DNA from: a virus
Lineage: Duplodnaviria > Caudoviricetes
Virus record (IMG/VR): IMGVR_UViG_3300033153_001834
Span: 1-57,520 of that record
Direction: 5' to 3' (one strand)
Length of the DNA: 57,520 bases
Shown: piece by piece, positions 25,907 through 35,743 of the stretch
How positions within the stretch are numbered: the stretch's first letter is position 1
Layout of the letters: every line of letters begins with the position of its first letter
Translations under genes and position numbers: made by a program
Notes under the pieces: generated by a model
What the model was told of the DNA's origin: nothing
Seen by the model: the letters and a program-made list of their open reading frames with translations, nothing else
The model's database searches: none

Positions 25907-27538
25907 CTATTCGTCATCAATTAATGTAGCAGTAGTAGTAAAACCAGCTGCCGTATCAACTGTACCTGTAAAATTAAATGTCTTATAAAAAGGTGAAGAT
26001 GTTCCTTTTCTTATTCTTCCAATAATTGGTTGGTTACTAGAGAAAGAACGTATATCCTGTATTTCACCATTAATATCAGTAAAACCTTTTATAATATCAG
26101 TACCTTCAGTTAAGTCTCCACCAGCTGCAGCTTCAACTAAAACATTAGCGTCTAGGGTAGTTAATAAACTTCCATCTGAATGCTTAACAATAATTTTGGT
26201 AGTTACTTGTCCAGCTACTACGTTAACAGTACCAGCTCCAGTATTATAAACAGAAGGAGTAGATGCTCCTGCTACTACATTAATAGTTAAAGGACTTCCA
26301 GTATCAGTATAATTAACTAATATGGTTTCATTACCTGATGATGCGACTGTATATCCACTCTCTTGGTTATCCCAATTTAATGAGGTAGAAGTATTTATAG
26401 TTCCTAAATCAACACCGTGCCCTGTACCATCAGAAGTAAAAGTGCATTCTGTAACAATATTTAAGTTACTAACTAATAAACCTACTGATCCAGAAGGACT
26501 ATCGTAAGTTTCTCCAGTTATTGTTGCTCCGCCTTGTGTTACTAGGCCACATCTACGTCTAATAGTCTTTAATAAAGTACTATTAGATTGATAAATAAAA
26601 GTGCCCATATCCGTAAAGGTACAAGATATCTTAGTAATAGTAGCATTGTCTATAGCTTCAAAAGTACCGATAGAAACAGTGCCTAGAGCTGCAATTGATA
26701 TTGCTGTCCACTCAATATTAGAAGATACATTATGTACTTCTATTCTATTAAAAGCAGGAGTGACATTAATAGTATTAGCTATTGAGATACTTTTACTAGA
26801 ATCTCTAAAGTCAACAGGATTAGTCGCTGTCCCTAGAGACATTAAACCTTGATGTTCATAACCACCTTTAATTGGATCAAGTAGATTCCATTTATTAGTA
26901 ATTATACTATCTACATCAGCATAGCCATTAAAAGTAGCATAGTTAGCTGTTTCTCCATACTCATAGATAGAAGTACATCTTCCATATCTTATAGCATTAC
27001 AAGCATTAGGATTACCACGAGCTTGTTGAAGTGCAGCTACAGCCATACCTATCATATTGTATGTAGTTACAGTGTTGCCTACAGTATGGTCTGGTGAACC
27101 TATCGCTGGATTAATAGCGTAATTTGCCCAACCACCACGAGGTGCTGGAGCGAAGTCTGAACCGGAGGCATTCCATCCATAAAAATCACCAAAATTTGTA
27201 CCGGCTAATACGATTATGCCGGCATTAGCTAAAGTATTAAGTGCAGGAGGAGCAGCCCATAAATGGTGTATTAACGCTGCACCATCTGCAGGAATTGTAA
27301 ATGCTGCTGTATGTAAATACATAATAGTAGCAGGGCCAGAAGCCCCACTACCATTACTATCTTTTGTCATCTGAGCCGAGACACATTCTGAATTATTATA
27401 ATACAGATTCTGGTCGTCAACCATAGCACCGCCAGTATCCCAACCACCATCACTAGACTCATCCCAATCGCCAGCATCTACGTTTAAATCACCAGTCGCA
27501 ATAGTTACTAAGTCAGTTGTATATGAAGGAACAGTCAT
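25907..27538 (-). CDS. Gly/Thr-rich putative virion structural protein
   Basis: beta-rich composition; C-terminus similar to that of the 577-aa neighbour. Confidence 0.6.
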   Translation of the reverse strand: MTVPSYTTDLVTIATGDLNVDAGDWDESSDGGWDTGGAMVDDQNLYYNNSECVSAQMTKDSNGSGASGPATIMYLHTAAFTIPADGAALIHHLWAAPPALNTLANAGIIVLAGTNFGDFYGWNASGSDFAPAPRGGWANYAINPAIGSPDHTVGNTVTTYNMIGMAVAALQQARGNPNACNAIRYGRCTSIYEYGETANYATFNGYADVDSIITNKWNLLDPIKGGYEHQGLMSLGTATNPVDFRDSSKSISIANTINVTPAFNRIEVHNVSSNIEWTAISIAALGTVSIGTFEAIDNATITKISCTFTDMGTFIYQSNSTLLKTIRRRCGLVTQGGATITGETYDSPSGSVGLLVSNLNIVTECTFTSDGTGHGVDLGTINTSTSLNWDNQESGYTVASSGNETILVNYTDTGSPLTINVVAGASTPSVYNTGAGTVNVVAGQVTTKIIVKHSDGSLLTTLDANVLVEAAAGGDLTEGTDIIKGFTDINGEIQDIRSFSSNQPIIGRIRKGTSSPFYKTFNFTGTVDTAAGFTTTATLIDDE

Positions 27539-27547
27539 GGTTCATCC

Positions 27548-29281
27548 TTATACGTCAGATGTTCTAATAACTGTAGTTGAGGAATCAGAATTAGATAGAG
27601 AACCAGTAGTCTCAAAAGTCTTAATCCCTTCTAAGTCACCAGCTGTACCACCATCACGAACACGAATAAATAGATTACGAGTTCCTGCTGCAACAACAGT
27701 AAATGCTTCAGTAGCAGAAGTAGCAAGCTTATCAATATAAGAAATATAAACTTCTTGGTCGATTGCAGCTGTTGGTACACCGGTACATCCGGTAAACGTC
27801 ATAATACCAGCGCCTACAGTATAACCAGTATACTCTACAAATTCATATACACCATCTGAATCACGTTGAATACGAATAGTACCAGATGTTGGTGTATTAG
27901 TTTCTGAATCAGTGCCTGTTCCAGGTGCTTCTGTACCAGTCTTAACGATAACTTCTGTAGAAGCACCAGTTACTGCTGTACTAAGTAAGAACTGCCCTGT
28001 ATCAAGAACACCACCACTTTCTGGTCCAACTAGTACTCGATCTTCACCAGTAACAACACCATCAACTGAGAATGTTACATTGTTAGGTGGAGTAATAACA
28101 TTGGTATCTAAGTCGGTAAACTTATCATTAGCACCAGTATCAGATGTTTCCATACCAATACCATAAGCACCAATTAAAGCAGAACCAGTCGAAGCACCAA
28201 TAAATGGAGTAGAAATAACACGTTCAGTTGCACCTGTTACTGTACCAGTAGCACTACCATTACCTGTAATAGTTCCAGAGGTAGGAGCAATACCAGTTAA
28301 TATTTGCATCCATAACTTAGTAGTAGCAGTAGCATCAGTAGTATCTACGGCTAATAATTGCCCAGTACCACCTGCCCAAGATAAACTTTCTGGTTCTGCC
28401 CAAGTACCTGTACCTGGAGTAATTGCTAATTCATGAGTAATACCACGGAAGTCTTCACCTGGTAATCCATATAAGGTAGTAGCTTCACTTTCACGAGAGA
28501 TATATTTCATACGCTCGTAAAATTGATTAATACTATAAACGTCTTTATTCCATTGTGAATAGTAAGGTTCATCTGCACCATTAGCATTAATATCTAATGG
28601 GTTATAACCTTCTTTAATATTAGTAATACCAGTTCGGCTACTAGCATCAGTAGTATCATTTAAGTCAGCAACATAGGTTAACGCAAGTACGTTATTACCA
28701 TTAGATGTACCATTAATCTTAAATTCTGAAAAAGTAAAACCAATTTGACGAGTAGTACCAATTAAACGTCTACCATCAATATCACCACCATCTATTGCAA
28801 AGTCATGAACTTTAACCATAAAACGATGAGAAATACCATTAGCGATATCACGATTTAAACCTTTAGTAGACTCACCATTAGGAATAGTATTCCAGAATGG
28901 ATCAGTAATACTAACTCCTTCTTGTAATAGTTGTAAATCCATACCCTCATTAGCAATAGCTACGAGGCCATCCCATACAATTTTATCTACACCAGTAGTG
29001 CCCTGAATAATGGTACCATCAAATAGATGTTCTGTTGCTAGTTGGTTAACATTATATCCATTAATAAGTGTAATAATATTATCAGTTGAGCGGTCAGATG
29101 GAGTTAAGTCTGTGATATCAAGTAAATCATCACCACTAGCAACGGCATCGTCTGCTAAGTCTTGTAACCATCTATGAAATGCAATTACAGAATAGTAACC
29201 AGCACCAGCTGCTCCATGAGCAGCTCCAGTATATGTAATTGCTTTAGCAGCACTTACTGCAAAATCATCACCAATTGCCAT
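27548..29281 (-). CDS. Gly/Thr-rich putative high-copy structural (filament/fibre) protein
   Basis: GAGGA SD; frequent CGT/GGT codons as in the major capsid and tail tube genes; beta-rich. Confidence 0.6.
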   Translation of the reverse strand: MAIGDDFAVSAAKAITYTGAAHGAAGAGYYSVIAFHRWLQDLADDAVASGDDLLDITDLTPSDRSTDNIITLINGYNVNQLATEHLFDGTIIQGTTGVDKIVWDGLVAIANEGMDLQLLQEGVSITDPFWNTIPNGESTKGLNRDIANGISHRFMVKVHDFAIDGGDIDGRRLIGTTRQIGFTFSEFKINGTSNGNNVLALTYVADLNDTTDASSRTGITNIKEGYNPLDINANGADEPYYSQWNKDVYSINQFYERMKYISRESEATTLYGLPGEDFRGITHELAITPGTGTWAEPESLSWAGGTGQLLAVDTTDATATTKLWMQILTGIAPTSGTITGNGSATGTVTGATERVISTPFIGASTGSALIGAYGIGMETSDTGANDKFTDLDTNVITPPNNVTFSVDGVVTGEDRVLVGPESGGVLDTGQFLLSTAVTGASTEVIVKTGTEAPGTGTDSETNTPTSGTIRIQRDSDGVYEFVEYTGYTVGAGIMTFTGCTGVPTAAIDQEVYISYIDKLATSATEAFTVVAAGTRNLFIRVRDGGTAGDLEGIKTFETTGSLSNSDSSTTVIRTSDV

Positions 29282-29293
29282 TTTATAATTCCT

Positions 29294-29533
29294 CTATTTT
29301 CTATCTAATTCTGTGTTAAATTCTTTTATGTATAATGGTCTCATTATACGCAGTCTGTTCTCTTGTTCTTTTTTGTTGTATTTTATTTGCATTTCTAATA
29401 TAGTTGATTGCTTAGAAATCATTTTATCTAAATTTGATAACTTTTCATCTTGTTCACGCTGCCAATCAGTAGCATAAAGCATAGCACTTCCAAGAAAAGC
29501 AATAATTAGCATTAATATTTGCGTAACTTTCAT
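29294..29533 (-). CDS. membrane-anchored coiled-coil protein (i-spanin-like)
   Basis: N-terminal TM helix plus coiled coil, directly after endolysin. Confidence 0.5.
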   Translation of the reverse strand: MKVTQILMLIIAFLGSAMLYATDWQREQDEKLSNLDKMISKQSTILEMQIKYNKKEQENRLRIMRPLYIKEFNTELDRK

Positions 29534-29907
29534 CTTCTATCCCATCGTGCTTTTTCTGAACGAGTATCTATATGTATTCCCCAAGAATAAATGCCAATAC
29601 CATAAGTATTAGGAAATAAGTTATCCAAAAAAGCAAAAAGCTCTTCTGGTTTTTCTGTTTTGACATCTATTGCTCTACCTATTAAATGCTTAGATTTTGA
29701 AGAAAAAGCTATATAGTTTTTAGTATATTTTTTTTGAATCTTTTCATTATATTTAACGCAACGGCATGCTGAACTTGGAGAAAATGAACCTATTTTACTT
29801 CTTATAGCCTCAGCTATAGGAATAAGTTCAATATCAATAGTATCGTATCCGCATCCGCATTTACAAGCAAATTCTTTTCTCCAAAAATTAGGTGATATTT
29901 TGCTCAT
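29530..29907 (-). CDS. endolysin, peptidase M15A family
   Basis: NF..KEFACKCGCG, SACRC..YN, S.HL.G.A.D, GIGIY...IHID.R. Confidence 0.88.
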   Translation of the reverse strand: MSKISPNFWRKEFACKCGCGYDTIDIELIPIAEAIRSKIGSFSPSSACRCVKYNEKIQKKYTKNYIAFSSKSKHLIGRAIDVKTEKPEELFAFLDNLFPNTYGIGIYSWGIHIDTRSEKARWDRR

Positions 29908-30443
29908 TTCTTTTTATCTTTATTATCGTGATCACTTATTAAAGTATGGTTTGTTTTTATATCATCTTTTATATCAATATAAAAAGCACCTACCATAACA
30001 GAACCTATTAATATACAAGCATATAATAAATTTATATGATTTTTTGCAGTAGTCATTATTTCTGCTTTTATTCTAACTGCTAAATTAGTATGCGCTTCGT
30101 GAGACCTATCTTTAAAATCATTAAATTTTGAGTCTTGCTTTCTAATATTATCCCATATTTTATCAGTCTCGTGAGCTACTAATCTACTATGCTCTATAGG
30201 ACTTCTTTCAAATTTTAATGATAAATCTTTAATAGTATCATCGAAATGACGAATAGTTTTTTCTAACTGTATAACTTCATCAAATCTAGCATCTAATTTA
30301 GCTAAAACAGATGACATAGTTTTATCTAACTGAATTTGACTATTAAACGTTTCAGTTTGCTTTGATACTAATATAGAAAAATCTTTTTGTAATTGCACTT
30401 GAGCAATTTCAATTTCTTTTAGTCTTTCATCTTCTGTACCCAT
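29904..30443 (-). CDS. coiled-coil protein with C-terminal TM helix (holin candidate)
   Basis: LLYACILIGSVMVGAFYI TM; immediately upstream of endolysin. Confidence 0.5.
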   Translation of the reverse strand: MGTEDERLKEIEIAQVQLQKDFSILVSKQTETFNSQIQLDKTMSSVLAKLDARFDEVIQLEKTIRHFDDTIKDLSLKFERSPIEHSRLVAHETDKIWDNIRKQDSKFNDFKDRSHEAHTNLAVRIKAEIMTTAKNHINLLYACILIGSVMVGAFYIDIKDDIKTNHTLISDHDNKDKKK

Positions 30444-30447
30444 AATA

Positions 30448-30792
30448 TTATTCGCCTATATCACTTAAACGTTTAATATCACTTAAAGACTTAACTTCAC
30501 TTAAAGAAGATGGTTTTGAATCAGGTAACATCTCTGTATCACTTACTACTACGTGACAACCTGTACGATCATTCTCATACTCATAATAAAAGTTTTCTGG
30601 TAATACTTCTGAGCATTTAACTTTACATAATTCAACATTACCTTTAGTAGTATCAAGATAACTATCAAAAGTAACTATACCTTCAACTACTACACATCCA
30701 GTAGTCAATTCTGGGTCACGTAAATCATCAATAGCTTTTGGAGAGCATCCAGTAAAAAGTAAAACAGATAATAAAACAATAATAAACTTCAT
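30448..30792 (-). CDS. lipoprotein (o-spanin-like or exclusion)
   Basis: signal peptide with lipobox LFTGC; several Cys. Confidence 0.7.
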   Translation of the reverse strand: MKFIIVLLSVLLFTGCSPKAIDDLRDPELTTGCVVVEGIVTFDSYLDTTKGNVELCKVKCSEVLPENFYYEYENDRTGCHVVVSDTEMLPDSKPSSLSEVKSLSDIKRLSDIGE

Positions 30793-31175
30793 TATATAAA
30801 ACCTCTTTCTAATGCATAAGAGTCAGTACCTTTTAACTCAACACCAGTTACATATTTGGATATTCTCATCCTTCTTATCCATCGAGTAGCATCATTTAAA
30901 GATTCATAATCTGTAATTAACTTTAAATTATTATCAAAATTTTCATTTGCGTCTAATAACTCTTGATAATTTTGAGCTAACTGCCATTCGATATCATGAA
31001 TAATACAGGCCGACTCAATATTAACAAACCACATAGTAGGTGGAAATGGAATTCCACCTTTAGCTCCGCATCCATTAGCATAAGAATAGTCTAATCGTAA
31101 ATTTTCACTTTTATAATTTAAACCGTATTTTTCTATATCTAACTTAAACAGTTCTAAAGATTTCATAATATTCAC
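30792..31175 (-). CDS. phospholipase A2-like (NGCG...CxxHD) protein
   Basis: NGCG....C.IHD..W...AN..F..NL. Confidence 0.55.
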   Translation of the reverse strand: MNIMKSLELFKLDIEKYGLNYKSENLRLDYSYANGCGAKGGIPFPPTMWFVNIESACIIHDIEWQLAQNYQELLDANENFDNNLKLITDYESLNDATRWIRRMRISKYVTGVELKGTDSYALERGFI

Positions 31176-31205
31176 ATTTAAAATTTTTTATATTACCCTT
31201 ATTTT

Positions 31206-31234
31206 ATCTTATACTATTATAAAAGTAAAGTAAA
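31206..31234 (-). promoter_or_regulatory. promoter for lysis cassette
   Basis: TTTACT-N17-TAAGAT on - strand. Confidence 0.55.
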
Positions 31235-31282
31235 TCTTTTATTTATATGAATAAAAAAGTGTATAAAAATCAGTTACTTACG

Positions 31283-31801
31283 TTAAACTGGAGGAGTCCA
31301 TACATTCCAATTTTCAGCTGAAATATTAAAATCAATAACTTCTTGTACAGTATTTAACTTATCTATATTTTCTTTTACTTTACTAGAATCTGTTAATATT
31401 TTTTGCTCATATTCAGATAATTTTTGGTCTGTTTTAGCTTCGTCTTTCTCTTCTTGAGTTAATACAATCTCTCCTGCTATTTTATCCGATTTATTATTCC
31501 TACGAACTGATATTATATTACGATGCTCAATAGGATCACTTATAATATCTTGTACTGGATTAGAATAAGCATCTTCAATTAATACATCAGCATAGTTATT
31601 CACTTCGATATATTTAAAATCTTTTTGCTTCTGTAATAATTCAGGATCAGTAAATTCAGAAACAAAAGTAGTACCATTCCAAATACTATATTGATCAGGT
31701 ATAACTTCTGATTCTATAATAGTATCCATTATATCTTGATGAAATACTGGAAGTATATCAAAAGATTCAGCAACTTTATTATTTTCTAATCTATAAAACA
31801 T
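31283..31801 (-). CDS. tail fibre assembly/chaperone-like protein
   Basis: follows Gly-rich fibre; WNGT.F and terminal W..W.PP. Confidence 0.5.
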   Translation of the reverse strand: MFYRLENNKVAESFDILPVFHQDIMDTIIESEVIPDQYSIWNGTTFVSEFTDPELLQKQKDFKYIEVNNYADVLIEDAYSNPVQDIISDPIEHRNIISVRRNNKSDKIAGEIVLTQEEKDEAKTDQKLSEYEQKILTDSSKVKENIDKLNTVQEVIDFNISAENWNVWTPPV

Positions 31802-33618
31802 TATTTATACTCCCATACTATTACTGCACCATTAGCACCATTACCACCTATACTAGCACCACCACCACCACCGGAACCACCACCACCATATGCTCCACCA
31901 GCTTCATCAGAAGAACTTGTTCCTCTACCACCGCCACCTAAATAAGATGAACCTCCAGCTCCGCCATCATCATCTGTGTTATTACCTACACTACCACCTT
32001 GGCCTTTTATATTTAGATTACCACCTGAACCAATACCACCAATACCACCAGTAACGCCTACATTATTTGTACCACCATAACCTCCTGTTGCACTACAATG
32101 CGCACCAAAAGAAGATGTACCACCTGTACTAGCAGTACCTGATATACTAGTACCACCAGCACCGCCACCACCTCTAGTAATAGTTTCAGAGGTAATAGAA
32201 GTAACATCAATAAGTTCTATTGCAGTACCACCACCGCCACCACCGCCACCACTTGACTGGTAACCACCACCGCCACCACCGCCAACAACTTCTACTCTTA
32301 CTTTGGTAATGCCTGCTGGCTTAGTCCATGTACCTGATGATGTAAATACTTGTACACTTTCTAAACCACCACTACCGCCTAATCCATCTGATTCTGCTTT
32401 AGAGTAAACATCTAGCGAGGTTCTGAAACCAGCAGCAGTATTCTTTCTTACATAGGAATCAGTAGAAGAATAGAAAACAGTATCAGCACTTCTAGTCCCT
32501 TGAGCATGATTCATATTTACATAATTACTAAATAGATACCTACCATAGATATCAGCATTACTATCACGTTGTACAATAGTATTGCCAACAGCAGTTATAT
32601 CTTTACTAGCCCCACCTAACTTATCTGAATCAGATGACTTACCTATAAAGTTGGTGGCATATACATTATTATAAACATAACTAGATGTACCTAAATCAAG
32701 AGATAATGTAGAAGATGGACGAATAGTCTTATGGTTTAATATCACACTAGAATATAATGTTAATACATTACTCCATATAGGAGTCTGACCTAGAGTTTGA
32801 GAAGCCGAGGTAATTTTAAATATATGACTTCCTGCCGATTGGCTAAAATCTTGATGAAAAGCATAACCCTCTTCTGTAATACCAGTAGTGAAGTGATTAC
32901 CTACTCTGATATTAAAGTTACCACCACCATCATTAGAATTGATGGCATGTTTACCATCTTCAATCATTAAGCCACCAGTAATACCAGAACCTAAATATAC
33001 TTGGGTCATAGCTGCTTTACCAGTAACATCTATACCTGTAGATGTAGTTTGTAATTTAGAATCACCATCATACTTTAAATCTACATCACCATCTTTCTCA
33101 AAAGATATCCAATGCTTCTCTATAACACCTGACGCAGATAACTGAGATATAGCACTATTACCATAAGACCTTGAATAAACACCAATACCACCAAGACTGT
33201 TATAAGCTGCAAATCTTCTATCTATATCACTAGTAGCTTCAGCTACATAATCACCATCAAGTCTAAGTTGTAAACTATTAGTTTCACCAGTATGTTTATT
33301 CAGATACCAAGCCCCATCACGAACATAAGCTCTAATACCATGATTTAAACTAACATCATCATCGTAGTCATTAAAATATTGATATTTACCCATTCCTAAA
33401 TTATAAGCTTGACCATCCCATTGAGGTAATAAATCTTCTACTTCAACACCACCAACGGTATCAGCATCCGCAGTTAAATCTACAATAGTATCCGATTGGT
33501 CTTTAGTATAAATCTTTTTATCAGGAAGATTTATAGCTAATTCACCACGCTCTAATTGAGTATGAGTTGGTACTTCAGTAGTCGTTTCTGATTTTTTATG
33601 TATAAATTTCTTAGCCAT
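31801..33618 (-). CDS. tail fibre with Gly-rich C-terminal domain
   Basis: L..GELAIN..D.KIY N-terminus, AD..GG / VQRD..G fibre repeats, FTSSGTWTKPAG...GGGGG adhesin-type domain. Confidence 0.75.
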   Translation of the reverse strand: MAKKFIHKKSETTTEVPTHTQLERGELAINLPDKKIYTKDQSDTIVDLTADADTVGGVEVEDLLPQWDGQAYNLGMGKYQYFNDYDDDVSLNHGIRAYVRDGAWYLNKHTGETNSLQLRLDGDYVAEATSDIDRRFAAYNSLGGIGVYSRSYGNSAISQLSASGVIEKHWISFEKDGDVDLKYDGDSKLQTTSTGIDVTGKAAMTQVYLGSGITGGLMIEDGKHAINSNDGGGNFNIRVGNHFTTGITEEGYAFHQDFSQSAGSHIFKITSASQTLGQTPIWSNVLTLYSSVILNHKTIRPSSTLSLDLGTSSYVYNNVYATNFIGKSSDSDKLGGASKDITAVGNTIVQRDSNADIYGRYLFSNYVNMNHAQGTRSADTVFYSSTDSYVRKNTAAGFRTSLDVYSKAESDGLGGSGGLESVQVFTSSGTWTKPAGITKVRVEVVGGGGGGGYQSSGGGGGGGGTAIELIDVTSITSETITRGGGGAGGTSISGTASTGGTSSFGAHCSATGGYGGTNNVGVTGGIGGIGSGGNLNIKGQGGSVGNNTDDDGGAGGSSYLGGGGRGTSSSDEAGGAYGGGGSGGGGGASIGGNGANGAVIVWEYK

Positions 33619-33633
33619 GATTTTCCAATGATT

Positions 33634-34548
33634 CTAATCTTTTAAGTAATATGTTATGTTCCAGATGTTACTATACCATCTACCACTGTTACGCTGGGTT
33701 GCTCCGTTGTCTGCCGCTAAACTTGCACAACTAAACGTTGCATCATAGCGTACTTGATTAGATGAAAATACAAATCCCGTTTCTGCTGAACCAACATCAT
33801 CATATGTTTGTAATTTTGCATAACCAATTGAATCATCGTATTTTAATTCAGCTCGCATAACCCCGTTAGAGTCTTGTAATGTATGTGAAGCATACCCACT
33901 TGCACTACTGGTTTTTGCTATAATTCGTGGAGAGGTTGCAACAGCTGTTATTGTACCGGCAACATTAAGAGAGTCAGCCACTAATTCACCTGTAACTGTT
34001 ACACCTGTATTTGTTGTTTCAATTTTCTTAGAAGAATTATAATATAGATTAACGCCTCCGTCTCTAAGCATTTGGACCCATAAATCCTCAAGAGCACCAT
34101 TAGAAGCTGTCTGTATAATTGCGCCATCACCATACTCATCAGAAAGTCGCAATGTGACACCGCCATAACTACTGCGAACTGATACCATTCGATCCGTATT
34201 AATATCAGCGGCAAGGCCGATAATTAAATCACCTGTCATATCCCGTGAACCATCTAATGGAAGAAAGTTATTATCGGCATATGGTAATGTTATTTCATGG
34301 GTTGATACATTAACTAATGCTATTTCAAGGTCATTAGTTCCATCGAAAAACATAAGTCTATGAATATTAACTGTTGGTACTTCAGAAGTATCTAGCCATG
34401 ATGTCCCTGCTAATGCACTAACTGGTCTACTTGGTCCACTTCTCATTGTCAATAGAACATTATTAAGTCTATTTAAAATCTCAGCTAATTCATTTCCACT
34501 AGTTAAAGCTGGGTCTATATTAAAATCATTACTTGGTTGCTGGGCCAT
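33634..34548 (-). CDS. tail fibre protein 2
   Basis: N-terminal anchor paralogous to 34553-35731; FLPLDG...MTG.L fibre motif. Confidence 0.7.
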   Translation of the reverse strand: MAQQPSNDFNIDPALTSGNELAEILNRLNNVLLTMRSGPSRPVSALAGTSWLDTSEVPTVNIHRLMFFDGTNDLEIALVNVSTHEITLPYADNNFLPLDGSRDMTGDLIIGLAADINTDRMVSVRSSYGGVTLRLSDEYGDGAIIQTASNGALEDLWVQMLRDGGVNLYYNSSKKIETTNTGVTVTGELVADSLNVAGTITAVATSPRIIAKTSSASGYASHTLQDSNGVMRAELKYDDSIGYAKLQTYDDVGSAETGFVFSSNQVRYDATFSCASLAADNGATQRNSGRWYSNIWNITYYLKD

Positions 34549-34552
34549 GACG

Positions 34553-35731
34553 TTATCCTATTTTACTTTCTAGGGCTATTACTCTCTTTAATAAAGAATT
34601 ATAGTCGTTTTTTAATTGTTGATTTTCTGTACTTAGCTCTTGTACTGCTTTAACTAGAGGTGCTACGAATTCTGTATAGGCTAAATGTTGCACTCCAGCT
34701 CTATCATAATGAATATATCGTTTTTCATTTCCAACTTGGTCTTCTAATGTAGCTTTAACTTGTTGAGCTGAAAAACCATAATTAATAGATTCTTTATCAG
34801 CTCCAGTTTTCCAAGTAAATTTTATTGGATTTATAGCATTAATAAAATCTAATCCTAAATCTATATCTTGAATATTTTTATGTCTTTCATCAGAACGAGC
34901 TAATATAGCAACTGCTGAAAAGGCCGTAGTAATATAACTTTCATGACCTAATGACATTTCACCAGAAGCTGTAGCATATGCATCTGTTCCTATACAAATA
35001 GTATTAGTAAAAGTATATAATAACGTAGAGCCACCAGCATTTGTATAAGTTCCAGCAAAATCACCAATAGCTATATTATAAGAACCAGTAGAAAGTCTAC
35101 TAGCACTATCATTTCCTATACCTATATTATTAGTTCCTGAGAAATCTGTTGAACCAGCTAAAGCTCTATTTCCTAAACCAGTATTATGAGTTCCACTAGT
35201 GGCCTTATTTCCTGATGCACGACCTAAATATACATTATAATCACCTGTTATAAGAGGACCAGAACTTTGTCCTATTACTGTATTAGAACGTCCTGTAATT
35301 AAAGAAGCTCCAGTTTCTTCTCCTAATAAAATATTTTCAAAACCTGATGTAATAATAGCTCCTGCATCGTTACCTATAGCAATATTATTATTATCTGTAC
35401 TATCATCATTAGCAAGCGCTGAACCATCTTCACTTAGTGCCATTGATGTACCTTTAAATGAAATATAAGTATCTTCAAAAATAATAGAATTGGTAGCTAC
35501 TTTTAAAGTAAATATTTTAATATCTACTGACCCATCATAAAAATAGCTTATATGATCAGTAGCACTTGTAGTGTCTAGCCAAACTGTTCCTGCTTGGGCT
35601 GAAGGTGGTCTTGACGTTCCGCTACGCATTGATAGTAATGCGTTATTTAAATTATTTATATAATCCACTAATTGTATTCCAGATGTTGTATATGGGTCTA
35701 TATCAAAATCTGTATCTGGTTGCTGTGACAT
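34553..35731 (-). CDS. tail fibre with C-terminal intramolecular chaperone (peptidase S74)
   Basis: NIAIG/NTVIG beta-roll repeats; SDERHK..I, GF.AQ.V, LVKAVQEL coiled coil. Confidence 0.85.
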   Translation of the reverse strand: MSQQPDTDFDIDPYTTSGIQLVDYINNLNNALLSMRSGTSRPPSAQAGTVWLDTTSATDHISYFYDGSVDIKIFTLKVATNSIIFEDTYISFKGTSMALSEDGSALANDDSTDNNNIAIGNDAGAIITSGFENILLGEETGASLITGRSNTVIGQSSGPLITGDYNVYLGRASGNKATSGTHNTGLGNRALAGSTDFSGTNNIGIGNDSASRLSTGSYNIAIGDFAGTYTNAGGSTLLYTFTNTICIGTDAYATASGEMSLGHESYITTAFSAVAILARSDERHKNIQDIDLGLDFINAINPIKFTWKTGADKESINYGFSAQQVKATLEDQVGNEKRYIHYDRAGVQHLAYTEFVAPLVKAVQELSTENQQLKNDYNSLLKRVIALESKIG

Positions 35732-35743
35732 TTTATTCTCCTG

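Noticed and set aside
31801-35731. Diversity-generating retroelement or invertible fibre cassette
   Set aside because: No reverse transcriptase, invertase or near-identical nucleotide repeats were seen; fibre similarities are diverged and at protein level.
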